DNA of 48,814 bases. Origin: an uncultured bacterium. Its GTDB lineage: Bacteria > Lernaellota > Lernaellaia > Lernaellales > Lernaellaceae. A program made the translations under genes and the position numbers. The stretch spans positions 1 to 48,814 of the forward strand of contig CAZHPN010000020.1 in the NCBI GenBank assembly GCA_964534375.1. Reading direction: 5' to 3'. Of the stretch, positions 17,622 to 26,820 are shown in pieces. Under the pieces are notes generated by a model. That model worked only from the letters and a program-made list of their open reading frames with translations. It did not search any database and was not told the origin of the DNA. Positions within the stretch are counted from its first letter, which is position 1. Each line of letters starts with the position of its first letter.

Positions 17622-18677
17622 TTATTTGCCAGCGCTCAGCGCGGTCACGATTTGCCGGATGTTGTAATCCGCCATGGAGAGATAGTCGTCCGTTCCCGGA
17701 CGCGCGCCGACCATATTCGCCATCGTCGCCACGTGCGCGCCGGCGTTGCGGGCCACGAAATCCGCATGACGCGGATCGTAGTACGCCGAGGCGAGAATTA
17801 GTTTCGCGCCGTCCGCCTTCATCGTCGCAATGAGTTCCTGCAAGTGATGTGTCGTCGGCGCCAGGCCGGGTTTCGGCTCGAGGTATCCGACCATCACCAA
17901 CCCAAAGCGCTTTGCGAAATACGGCCACAGGCTGTGATCGCCGACGGCTTTGGCGCCGTAGAACGGCTTCATCGCGCCGAGCCAGCCGCCGAGCGCCTGA
18001 TCGTCGCCCTGCTGTTTCAAGAAGGCGTCGAGTTTGCCGACCTCATACAGCGCGGCCAGTTTGGTGGCGTCGTATTTGGCGGCCAGGGTCGGACCGACCA
18101 AAGCCGCGCACATCTGTTGGCGGAACGCGGCGTAATTCGCCTGGAAATACGCCGCCTGCTCCGGCCGCAATTCGGACATCTTTTGGGTGATCAACGCGGC
18201 GACCTTCAGCCCGGCGAGCGGATCCAGCAGAAAATGCGGATTCCCGGCCGGATGCACGTCGCCCAGCGCCCGGTCCAAGCCGCCGGTCGGCACTTCCATC
18301 GGGGCAATCACCCGCGACGAGTCGAGATAACCGGGCGAGCCGGGTTGCACGACGTCGTTGCGGCAGTTCTTGAGCAGGACCGCGCTCCACGCGGCCTCCA
18401 GCTCCATGCCGGTCTCGATGAACAAATCCGCTTCGCTCAGCGCCTTGATGAAGCTCGGCTTCGCTTCGATGAAGTGCGCGTTTTCGGTCCCTTTCGAGAA
18501 CACGGTCAGTTTGATTTCCTTGCCGCCGATCACCCGGGCGAGGCTGCCGACATCGGGCGTCGTGGCGCACACGATCAGCGGGCCCGCCGCGGCGTGGGTC
18601 GCGACGCCGGTGAGGACGACAAGCGCGAGCGCCAGCAGGGCCGCGCTCGCCGCCATGAGTTTTTTCTGCATGTTCAT
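17622..18677 (-). CDS. znuA: Metal ABC transporter substrate-binding protein (cluster A-I, ZnuA-like)
   Basis: Signal peptide; ENAHF, GDVHPAGNPHFLLDP, GDHSL, EPKPG motifs. Confidence 0.9.
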   Translation of the reverse strand: MNMQKKLMAASAALLALALVVLTGVATHAAAGPLIVCATTPDVGSLARVIGGKEIKLTVFSKGTENAHFIEAKPSFIKALSEADLFIETGMELEAAWSAVLLKNCRNDVVQPGSPGYLDSSRVIAPMEVPTGGLDRALGDVHPAGNPHFLLDPLAGLKVAALITQKMSELRPEQAAYFQANYAAFRQQMCAALVGPTLAAKYDATKLAALYEVGKLDAFLKQQGDDQALGGWLGAMKPFYGAKAVGDHSLWPYFAKRFGLVMVGYLEPKPGLAPTTHHLQELIATMKADGAKLILASAYYDPRHADFVARNAGAHVATMANMVGARPGTDDYLSMADYNIRQIVTALSAGK

Positions 18678-18690
18678 TCTCCTTCTTCGC

Positions 18691-20301
18691 CTAGAAGTTA
18701 TGCGCCGGATGGGCGCCGTAAAGTATTTCCAAGCTCAACCATACGGAGTTCGCCTCCCCCGTTTTCAGGTGCGTGGCGATGTCGTGGTCGTATTCCAACC
18801 GCAACCGCGAAAAGTGCGTCGGGTTGAAGATGAAAGCCGCCGCCAGGCGCGTGCGGTCGTCGCGCAACGGATCGAGTTTCCGCGCCAGCCGATCGGCGCT
18901 GTCCGTATCGATCGCCGTCGCGTATTCGCCGCGCAACGTCAGCGCCCAATCGCGCACGAAGCCCCAGGTCAAAATCGAGAACACGCCCCAGTCGTTGAAA
19001 TCGCGCGCCGGCAAGTTGACGTTCGTCGTCAGCGGCGTCCCTTTCGCGGTTCCGGTCGGGATCCCGTTCGCCGTAAACTCCTGGGCGTGATAGTCGCGAC
19101 CGATGAACTCGGTCTGCCAGGAGATGAACGGCCAGCCGTATTCGTTGACGGCCGGCCGCCAGCGAACCAGAAAATCGGCGCCGTAAATCCACGCATATCC
19201 TTGCAGCCCGGTTTCGTTCGGGCCGCGCTCGCCGGAGAACCCGAGCAGAACCGAGGAGTCGCCCGGCGACCACGAATTTTCCCAGCGCCCTGAATAAACG
19301 AAGTCGCCTGCCTTGTCCACTCCCCGGTCGAAAATCGGCCGGCCCGCGATGCCGATTTTATAACCGGCGGTGGACAGCGCCCCCGCGTCCTGATAAGCGG
19401 CCACCGCGCCGTTCGGAGTGCCGAGGAAGCTCGGCATTTGTTCGCCGGTGGCGTTTTGCATGTTGACGAGCAGTTGGGAGTACCATGGCGTCGGCATCAG
19501 CCAGCCGATGCGCACGCCGCACCCTCGTTGACCGTCGCCGCCGAACATGCGCGTGATGGGCACGGGTTGAGTGATGTAATCCCACGTGTGCGGGTGCGTC
19601 GCGTTGGTGCGCCCGAACTCGGTAAGGTAATATCCGGCTTTAAATTGGACGGCCGGAATGTTCAGCGTCGTGGCGAAGGCCTCTTCAATCTCCACGCCGT
19701 CTTCTTTAAACACGATGTGCGATTCGCCGTAGAAATACGGATCGACCGCGCCGGAGGCCGAGATTTCCGCCTGCTGCAACGAGAAGCCGTTGCGGCTCGG
19801 ATCGTGGTCGCCGCCCTGCAGAATCGGTATTTGACTCGGCGGCGCCGACGACGCGCCCCCGGCCACCAGGATGTCCATCGAGATGTCGATCAATTTGATT
19901 TCGGCTTTGCCCGCCTTGACCGAGGCCAGGTCCGAACTGGCCGCTTTGGTTGTCGGCGTCGCCGGAACATTGATGTCTTCGACCGCGCGGTCCAGCGCCG
20001 ATTCCGGGCTTTCCGGCGCTTTTGGCGCCGGCGTGGCCTCGGCGGCCGGCTTTTTGGCTTCCAAGTCGGCCACTCGTTTTTTCAATTCTTCGATCAGTTG
20101 TTGATTTTGTTGACCCTGCTGTTGCAGCGCCTCGATTTGTTTGCGCAGCGTGGAAATGGTCGCGCTGGAGTCGTCGGCGGCCCGCGCCGCAGACGCGGCG
20201 GCGATGACGACGATCACCGCGGCCAACCCGATCGCCAAGACGCGCATGCTGCCCCGCAGGTCAAGACGCCCGAATAGCCTTGCTCTCACCTTGTCCTTCA
20301 T
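18691..20301 (-). CDS. Outer-membrane beta-barrel metal receptor (zinc-regulated OM receptor-like) with N-terminal coiled coil
   Basis: GGAGG RBS; signal plus coiled coil; GGDHDP, GAVDPYF, EEAF, NATHPHTW motifs; C-terminus YGAHPAHNF; directly upstream of znuA. Confidence 0.8.
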   Translation of the reverse strand: MKDKVRARLFGRLDLRGSMRVLAIGLAAVIVVIAAASAARAADDSSATISTLRKQIEALQQQGQQNQQLIEELKKRVADLEAKKPAAEATPAPKAPESPESALDRAVEDINVPATPTTKAASSDLASVKAGKAEIKLIDISMDILVAGGASSAPPSQIPILQGGDHDPSRNGFSLQQAEISASGAVDPYFYGESHIVFKEDGVEIEEAFATTLNIPAVQFKAGYYLTEFGRTNATHPHTWDYITQPVPITRMFGGDGQRGCGVRIGWLMPTPWYSQLLVNMQNATGEQMPSFLGTPNGAVAAYQDAGALSTAGYKIGIAGRPIFDRGVDKAGDFVYSGRWENSWSPGDSSVLLGFSGERGPNETGLQGYAWIYGADFLVRWRPAVNEYGWPFISWQTEFIGRDYHAQEFTANGIPTGTAKGTPLTTNVNLPARDFNDWGVFSILTWGFVRDWALTLRGEYATAIDTDSADRLARKLDPLRDDRTRLAAAFIFNPTHFSRLRLEYDHDIATHLKTGEANSVWLSLEILYGAHPAHNF

Positions 20302-20758
20302 GAAACCTCCGTTGCCGCGTAATTCGCGGCGCAATGATCGGCGCGGATTTCGCGTCGATCGTGCCGAACGTTGATTGCCGATCGTTAAAGACGTCACGCC
20401 GAAACGGCGGCGAATGTTTCGGCGCGACGGCCAGGATCGACCTGTGATCCAGCGCGGCGCTCGGTTTCACTTGCGGCGCGAGCGCCCGCAGCACGACCCG
20501 GAGAACCACGACCGCGAACGCGATCGGCCACAATTGGTTCTGGTTCAAGAAAAGCGGAACGATCTGACAGACTTCCGTGGAGTCTTCCGAAATGGCCGGC
20601 GACCCGGGCCGGCCAAAAACCACGGGGCGCTCCTTATGCTCCCAATTTCCCGTAACCGCGTTGAAGAAATGCGGCTCGCTGGCCAGGTGGGCCAGCGCCA
20701 ACAGCGGCCCCGCGAACAACAGCAAGGCCACAAGTTTGGCAACCGCGTTTCTCAACAT
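20261..20758 (-). CDS. Putative metal-sensing leader protein, copy 1 (APKHSPP); read-through extension overlaps the receptor start
   Basis: GGGAG RBS; clear paralogue of 20959..21321 and 28298..28660. Confidence 0.75.
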   Translation of the reverse strand: MLRNAVAKLVALLLFAGPLLALAHLASEPHFFNAVTGNWEHKERPVVFGRPGSPAISEDSTEVCQIVPLFLNQNQLWPIAFAVVVLRVVLRALAPQVKPSAALDHRSILAVAPKHSPPFRRDVFNDRQSTFGTIDAKSAPIIAPRITRQRRFHEGQGESKAIRAS

Positions 20759-20958
20759 TAACTCCCGCGCCACGTCGCGACGCTGCCGCCGGGCACGCTT
20801 CGCCCGCAACTGGCAGCGCCGGGCCGTTGTCGCCCTTCGCTTGGTGAAAATTGCCGGCTCGGGCATTTCCACGCTGCGTCCCACTGAGTGCTTGCCGCGC
20901 ACGAAACGGCGTGCTGCGGCGTTAGTTCAGCAACTTTCGACGAAGACGAATGAATTGA

Positions 20959-21321
20959 TCAAAGGGAAACGGGCGGGGAATTTTTCGGCGCCAACGCCAA
21001 CGTCAATTTGTGGTCGAATGGCTCCGATGCAGGTCGTTGAGAGCGGACTGCCAAGATAACAGCGGCCACGGCAACCATGGCCGCGGCGAGCAACCACATG
21101 CGGTTTTGACTCAAAAACGCGGAATAAATGCGGCAGGTCTCGCGGTCGATCGGCCGCAGGCCCTGCGCTCCAGCGGGCAGTTTCGCCGCGCCGGGCCGCG
21201 CGTGTTCCCACTCGCCGTCCGCGTCGTTGTAGAAATGCGGGACGAGCGCCATGTGCAGCAACGCAAATAACGGCCCCGCGAACAGGAGGAATACGATGAT
21301 TCTCGCGACGCGTTGCTTCAT
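20959..21321 (-). CDS. Putative metal-sensing leader protein, copy 2 (120 aa, ends APKNSPPVSL)
   Basis: GAGAGG RBS; two hydrophobic segments; conserved His/Cys; paralogous to copies 1 and 3. Confidence 0.85.
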   Translation of the reverse strand: MKQRVARIIVFLLFAGPLFALLHMALVPHFYNDADGEWEHARPGAAKLPAGAQGLRPIDRETCRIYSAFLSQNRMWLLAAAMVAVAAVILAVRSQRPASEPFDHKLTLALAPKNSPPVSL

Positions 21322-21347
21322 GGCCTCTCGCTCAAGTTATGGGGCGG

Positions 21348-21376
21348 AATTTATGCTATCGCGGCCCGGTTGTCAA
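21348..21376 (-). promoter_or_regulatory. sigma70 promoter of leader copy 2 and the uptake operon
   Basis: TTGACA-17 nt-TAAATT; same GGTTTTGACA context as the copy 3 promoter. Confidence 0.7.
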
Positions 21377-21470
21377 AACCCGGTCGGCGGCGAGTGCGGC
21401 GACGCGGAAACCCAGGGAGCGATGAACGGCGGGAGAATCAGAAGCGCCGATGACCGCCCGCGTCGAGCGT

Positions 21471-22367
21471 TCACGGTGCATTGCCTTTCACAAGGGCTTG
21501 CGCCAGATCGTGCGTCATTTGCGCGAGCGTGTCGACATAGGCGTGCGGGCCGGTCGGGCCGGACATGCCGGTCTCGACCGTGATCGCCGGCATTCGGACT
21601 TCATCGGCGAACAAATTCCATGTGCGCGGATCGACTTGGCGGTCGGCGAAAATGATCACCGGTCTTTCCTTCTTGAGCTGCTTCATGATCGCCGCGACCT
21701 CGCCCGCGCTGAGGCTGTGGTGCTCGTCGTCCGTCAACGGCGGCCCCGTCTCCAGGCCGGCGTCGCGCGCCAAATAGCTGAACATCGTCGTCGCCAGCGC
21801 GACGCGCTTGTTCGGCAGCGCCTGCACGACCTTCGCGAATTCTTCATGAAGAGCCCGCAAACGCCGCGAGACGGCAATGCCGTTTTCCGCATAGCGCGCC
21901 GCGTTTGGCGGATCGAGTTGCGCCAGCGCCTCGGCCAGCGTCAGCGCCATCGCGGCGCCTTGTTTCGGGCTGACAAACGGGTGCGGTTCGGCGTCGCCGG
22001 GGATTCGTTCGACGTTTTTGTCGAGGCGGATGATCGTCAACTTGGCGCGATAGTTCTCAGCCAACTTATCGAGCCACGGTTCGTAACCCGCCCCGACGGC
22101 AATCAACGCCTTGGCCTTTTCGATTGCCTTCATGTCGCCCGGCTGCAATTGGTAATCGTGCGCGCACCCGGCGGCGATCGGCACGAGTTGGCGCACGTAG
22201 ACGCCGGGCGCGCCGTCGGCGACCGCCAGCGTCAGATTCTGCAACGGCAGGATCGTCGCCACCAAATTCAACGGTTTCCGCGGCCGGACAGCGCCCCGGC
22301 CGAAGGCCGGCGAAGCCAGCGTGGCGCACGCCAGCAACGCGACCGCCAACAGCCATTCGGTTTTCAT
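21471..22367 (-). CDS. Second metal ABC substrate-binding protein (ZnuA/TroA-like)
   Basis: Signal peptide; LVATILPL, GCAHDYQL, EPHPFVSP, LDPPNAARY motifs; GAAGGAG RBS. Confidence 0.85.
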   Translation of the reverse strand: MKTEWLLAVALLACATLASPAFGRGAVRPRKPLNLVATILPLQNLTLAVADGAPGVYVRQLVPIAAGCAHDYQLQPGDMKAIEKAKALIAVGAGYEPWLDKLAENYRAKLTIIRLDKNVERIPGDAEPHPFVSPKQGAAMALTLAEALAQLDPPNAARYAENGIAVSRRLRALHEEFAKVVQALPNKRVALATTMFSYLARDAGLETGPPLTDDEHHSLSAGEVAAIMKQLKKERPVIIFADRQVDPRTWNLFADEVRMPAITVETGMSGPTGPHAYVDTLAQMTHDLAQALVKGNAP

Positions 22368-22441
22368 GATGCGTTCTCTCCTTCAGCGCCGACGCGCACG
22401 CTGCCGTCAAGCAGTCGATTGTCGATGCCCGAGGGGCGTGT

Positions 22442-25400
22442 TCAGTCGGTTGTCTCCACAGTCTTTTCCTTCTCCACCATCGGGTAGAGGATCGGCAAGA
22501 TCAGCAACGTCAATATCGTCGCCGTGACCAGCCCGCCGATAATGACCACCGCGAACGGTTGCGCGGTTTCGGCGCCGACCCTGTCCGACAGGGCGACTGG
22601 CAGCAGGCCGAGGATCGCCATCGAACTGATCATCGTGTCGACGCGGGCGCGGGAAACGGCGCCTTCGACGACCGCTTCCAGCATCGGTTTTCCTTCCAGC
22701 CGCAATTGCCGGATGCGCTCGACCAGGATGACGCCGCTTTGGATCGCGACGCCGAAGAGCGCAATGAAGCCGACCATCGAGGACACCGACAAGTTCAAGT
22801 GCGCGATCGGCAGCGCCAGAATGCCGCCCACTGCGGCGAACGGCACGCACAGCAGGATCAAGCCCGCCAGGCGGCCGGATGAGCCGAACGCCGAAAACAG
22901 CAGGAAGAACATGGCGAGCAGCGTCAGCGGAATCACGACCATCAGGCGTTTCGTGGCCCGTTGCTGGTTTTCGAACGCGCCCGCCCACGTGACCCGATAG
23001 CCTCGCGGCATTTTTTTGAGTTCCGGATCGGCCGCTTTCCGGGCGTCGGCGACCACGGAACCCAAAGCGCGGTCGCGCACGCCGAACTTGACGGCGATGC
23101 CGCGCGCGTTCTCCTCGCGATACAACTTGACGAAGCCCGAGGCCACCTTGACGGTCGTCACGGCGCCGAGCGTCAATCGTTCGCCGTTCGCGCCGAAAAT
23201 GGGAATATTGCGAATCGAATCCAGGTCGGACACCGCGCGGGGCGCCAGTTTCACCGTCAGGTCGAACGTCCGCTCGCCTTCCAACACCTGCGTCGCCACG
23301 CCGCCGCCCATCGCTGTTTCGACCACCGTTTGGACGTCCGAAACGCTCAGCCCGTACCGGGCGATCGCGTCGCGATCGACGGCGATTTGAATTTGCGGCT
23401 GCCCCATCAGTTGTTCGGCGCTGACATCCACGGCGCCCGGAATATTTTTGATCGCCACCGTCAAATTGTCGGCCGTTTTTTGCAGGATGGCCGGGTCTTC
23501 GCCGAAGATTTTGATGCTCAGTTCGCTTTTGATTCCGGAGACGGCCTCGTTGATCATATCTTCCATATATTGACTGAATTGCGGGTCGATTCCGGGGATG
23601 GTCTTCAGCTTGGCCCCCATCGCGTCGCACAACTTCTCGCGCGTCTTTGCGGTCGTCCACTCCGACCGCGGCGTCAATCCGACGCCGAATTCGCAAATGT
23701 CGAACCCGTTGTTGTCGGTGCCGTCATCCGGGCGGCCGATGTTGCTGAATACATCGATCACCTCGGGAAACGACATCAAGATTTCGCGCATTTTTCTCAC
23801 CACGCGCGCCGATTCGGACGGCGAAATCGTCGGCGGCATGAACACGCGGACCCACAGCGTGCCCTCGTCGAGCTTCGGCAAAAACTCGGTGCCCATCAGC
23901 GCCAAACAGACGCCGGCCGCGAACAACAAGGCCGCGACCCCTGCGAGAGCTTTCTTCCGGTGGCGGATCACGCCCAGCAGCAGGGGGCGATACCAACGGA
24001 GCAGCGCATGGACAAGGCGGGAATGCTTCAGCACGACTTTCTTCCGCAACGCAAAACTCGCCATCACCGGCACGATCGTCAGCGCAAGCAGCGTTCCGGC
24101 GATCACCGCGAAGGTCAGCGTCAGCGCCATCGGCTTAAAGATGCGGCCTTCGACGCGTTGCAGCGAATACAGCGGGATGAACGCCGTCAGCAGAATCGCC
24201 TTAGCGAACAGGATCGGCCGGCCCATTTGCGACACGGCATCGATAATGGTCGTTGTGAGCGGGGTGGGGTGGTCTTTTCGCTCTTCCATCAACCGCAGGA
24301 TGTTCTCGATAATCACGACCGAGGAATCGACAATGATGCCAAAATCGATGGCGCCCATCGAAATCAAGTTCGCTGGAATGTGGCGCAGATCGAGCAGAAA
24401 AAACGCCCCGAGCAGCGACATCGGCACGACCGAGCCAACGACCAACGCCGAGCGGTAATTCCCCAGCCCCAGAAACAGCATCAGCACGCCCAACACCAGG
24501 AGGATGCCGGTGATCATGTTGTGGCGCACGGTATAAAGCGTCAGGTCAAGCAACGGCTCCCGATCGTAGTGCAAGGCGACTTTGACCCCGGGGGGCAGCA
24601 AGCGCTCGTTGATTTCGTCGACCTTCGCGTGGATCCGTTTCAATACTTCGCGCGCGTTCTCCCCGCGCTTCATCCAGGGGTTGCCTTGCGGGATGTCGTC
24701 GTTGTCCACCCAGTTTTGCGCCGTCGCGGCGACCGGCTGCCCGGCGCTCCGCTCCGGGCCCCGGCCAATGAACCACCCGTTCCGGAGAGACAACCCGACC
24801 TGATTCAAACGCACCTTCTCACCGATCACGACCGCGCCGACGTCGCGAATGCGGATCGGCACGCCGTTACGCGTATCCACGGCGATCGCCCCGATGTCTT
24901 CCGTGTTCTGGACGAACCCCAGGCCGCGCACAATGTACAGTTCTGAGCCGTGTTCCACGTAGGAGCCGCCGGCGTTGCGGTTGCCGTTCGACAGGGCGTC
25001 GAACACCTGTTTCACGGACACGTTGTAGGAGCGCAATTTTTGCGGATCGACCAGCACTTGATATTCTTTGATCGGTCCGCCGAAGCCGCTCGCGTCGACG
25101 ACGCCCGGGACGGTTTTCAACTGCCGTTCGACGACCCAGGTCATCAGCGCTTTCAATTCCACGCCGGAGAAACCGGGCGGCGCCGTCATCATGTACCGGC
25201 AAACGTCGCCGATGGGGGTCGTGTCCGGCGACAGCGAGGCCTGCGCGCCCGCCGGCAAAGTCACTTCCGTCATGTGCTGGAAGGCCAGGTTGCGGACCAA
25301 GTCGCTGTTGGCGTCGTCGGCAAAAACCATCGTCACCACGGACAGCCCGAACAGCGAAAACGACCGCATGGACACCCGCTTGGGAATGCCGTTCATTTCG

Positions 25401-25615
25401 CTTTCGATCGGAATTGTGACGAGCTTTTCCACTTCCTCGGCGGCATGGCCCGGAAACAGCGTGATGATTTGCAATTCCAGGTTCGTCACGTCGGGATAGG
25501 CGTCGACCGGCAACGTGATGCAGGAGTGCACGCCAAAAAAAACGAACACCACCGTCAAGAACAGCAAGACGGCGCGGTGTTTCAGGGCGTAGGCGGTGAG
25601 TTTGCCCATCGTCAT
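22442..25615 (-). CDS. czcA: CusA/CzcA family heavy-metal efflux RND permease
   Basis: LPVDAYPDVT, EEVEKLVTIPIE, PANLISMGAIDFGIIVD, GTEFLPKLDEG, FAVVIIGGL motifs; ATGA overlap with the MFP gene. Confidence 0.92.
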   Translation of the reverse strand: MTMGKLTAYALKHRAVLLFLTVVFVFFGVHSCITLPVDAYPDVTNLELQIITLFPGHAAEEVEKLVTIPIESEMNGIPKRVSMRSFSLFGLSVVTMVFADDANSDLVRNLAFQHMTEVTLPAGAQASLSPDTTPIGDVCRYMMTAPPGFSGVELKALMTWVVERQLKTVPGVVDASGFGGPIKEYQVLVDPQKLRSYNVSVKQVFDALSNGNRNAGGSYVEHGSELYIVRGLGFVQNTEDIGAIAVDTRNGVPIRIRDVGAVVIGEKVRLNQVGLSLRNGWFIGRGPERSAGQPVAATAQNWVDNDDIPQGNPWMKRGENAREVLKRIHAKVDEINERLLPPGVKVALHYDREPLLDLTLYTVRHNMITGILLVLGVLMLFLGLGNYRSALVVGSVVPMSLLGAFFLLDLRHIPANLISMGAIDFGIIVDSSVVIIENILRLMEERKDHPTPLTTTIIDAVSQMGRPILFAKAILLTAFIPLYSLQRVEGRIFKPMALTLTFAVIAGTLLALTIVPVMASFALRKKVVLKHSRLVHALLRWYRPLLLGVIRHRKKALAGVAALLFAAGVCLALMGTEFLPKLDEGTLWVRVFMPPTISPSESARVVRKMREILMSFPEVIDVFSNIGRPDDGTDNNGFDICEFGVGLTPRSEWTTAKTREKLCDAMGAKLKTIPGIDPQFSQYMEDMINEAVSGIKSELSIKIFGEDPAILQKTADNLTVAIKNIPGAVDVSAEQLMGQPQIQIAVDRDAIARYGLSVSDVQTVVETAMGGGVATQVLEGERTFDLTVKLAPRAVSDLDSIRNIPIFGANGERLTLGAVTTVKVASGFVKLYREENARGIAVKFGVRDRALGSVVADARKAADPELKKMPRGYRVTWAGAFENQQRATKRLMVVIPLTLLAMFFLLFSAFGSSGRLAGLILLCVPFAAVGGILALPIAHLNLSVSSMVGFIALFGVAIQSGVILVERIRQLRLEGKPMLEAVVEGAVSRARVDTMISSMAILGLLPVALSDRVGAETAQPFAVVIIGGLVTATILTLLILPILYPMVEKEKTVETTD

Positions 25616-26742
25616 TTCCCCGCGTATTCGAGCAATTGCTGCAGGAGCAGGCTGCCGTCCGTCACGAGGCGGTGGCCGGCCATTAAACCGCCGGTCACAT
25701 TGATTTTGCCGGCGTGTTCGCCGGCGATCTGGACCTCGTGCCGCGCGAACCGGCCCTTGCCCTCGTCGACGAACACGAAGTATTTGCCCTCTTTCACAAA
25801 AACGGCGCGCTTCGAGATCGCCATTTCCGGCGCGGCGCTTTTTTCCACATCCACCGTGACGTACATCTCGGCCTTCAGCGCCCGCGTCGGGTTGTCGACG
25901 CTGCCGCGCGCTTTGACCGTCCGGGTGCTCGGATCGAGCGCATCGGTGATAACGTTCAACGTCCCGGGGAACAGGTCCGTGGGATAAGCCTGCGTATAAA
26001 CTTTGAAGATTTGTCCGGGGTGCAGCGACGACAAATCTTTTTCCGCGACGTCCATCTGCAACCACAGTTTCGTCGGGTCGGTCACGACAAACATCGGCGG
26101 CATGGCCGAAATCAGTTCATCGGGCCGGACTTCGCGCCCGATGCTCAGATTCCGTTCGACGACCACGCCGGCGACCGGGCTGCGCAAAGTGAAGGCGCCC
26201 GCCGTTTCCGCGCCGATCGAGCCGACGTTCGCCAGCCTCGTCAACGCCCGCTCTTTCTCGGCGCGCGCCCGGCCGAAATCGGCCTCCGCCCCCTCTACAT
26301 CTTTTTTCGCGGCGGCCCCGTGATCGAACAAGTCGCGCATCCGCGACAAGGCGCGGTCGGTTTGCACGAAGTCGCTCTCCGCCTTGCGCGCATCCGCCTT
26401 CGCCTGGCCGAAATCCGGCGAATCGATCAGCGCCAGCGCCTGGCCTTTGGCCACGGGCTTGCCGATATCGACGAAGATTTCGCGCACGCGGCCGGCGAGC
26501 GGCGCAAAAACGCGCGCGGTGACGTCGTCGTTCCACATCAACCGGCCGGTCATCTGAATGAACGAGCCTTGCCGTATTTCGACCGGCTCGATCGTCAGCG
26601 ACGCGAGTTGCGCGGGGTCGTTCAGGGTCAGGCGGTCCCCGACGACTTCATAAGGCCGATTTCCGTCCGCGGCCCCGGCCCGGGCGCAGCCGGTGAACGC
26701 GGCCGAAAAAATGACCATCGCAATTACGAAGAAGGTTTTCAT
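25612..26742 (-). CDS. czcB: RND efflux periplasmic adaptor (CzcB-like lipoprotein)
   Basis: Lipobox FTGC; APLAGRV, SPDFGQA, LRSPVAGVV, LDPSTRTVK motifs. Confidence 0.9.
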   Translation of the reverse strand: MKTFFVIAMVIFSAAFTGCARAGAADGNRPYEVVGDRLTLNDPAQLASLTIEPVEIRQGSFIQMTGRLMWNDDVTARVFAPLAGRVREIFVDIGKPVAKGQALALIDSPDFGQAKADARKAESDFVQTDRALSRMRDLFDHGAAAKKDVEGAEADFGRARAEKERALTRLANVGSIGAETAGAFTLRSPVAGVVVERNLSIGREVRPDELISAMPPMFVVTDPTKLWLQMDVAEKDLSSLHPGQIFKVYTQAYPTDLFPGTLNVITDALDPSTRTVKARGSVDNPTRALKAEMYVTVDVEKSAAPEMAISKRAVFVKEGKYFVFVDEGKGRFARHEVQIAGEHAGKINVTGGLMAGHRLVTDGSLLLQQLLEYAGK

Positions 26743-26778
26743 GGCTTGCCTCTTCCCAGGGTTCAAACCCCGGGTAAA

Positions 26779-26820
26779 TTGTGCATTGTTCATTGTTCAT
26801 CGTTCATTGCTCACTGTTCA
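26779..26820 (-). repeat. Six-unit heptamer array TGAACAG TGAGCAA TGAACGA TGAACAA TGAACAA TGCACAA
   Basis: Read directly; starts at the czcC stop codon. Confidence 0.8.

Noticed and set aside
16666..17928. Extended N-termini in the ORF track (znuC, czcA, rplD, rplE, leader 3, 2587..3534, 15447..16025)
   Set aside because: They overlap upstream genes or promoters; RBS position and homology support the shorter starts.
20860..20940. GCGGCAA...GUGGGAC in the spacer between leaders 2 and 1, reminiscent of the 3' half of a NiCo riboswitch
   Set aside because: The conserved 5' CUGAGCAGG and GCCGGG elements are not visible. An Infernal search would settle it.
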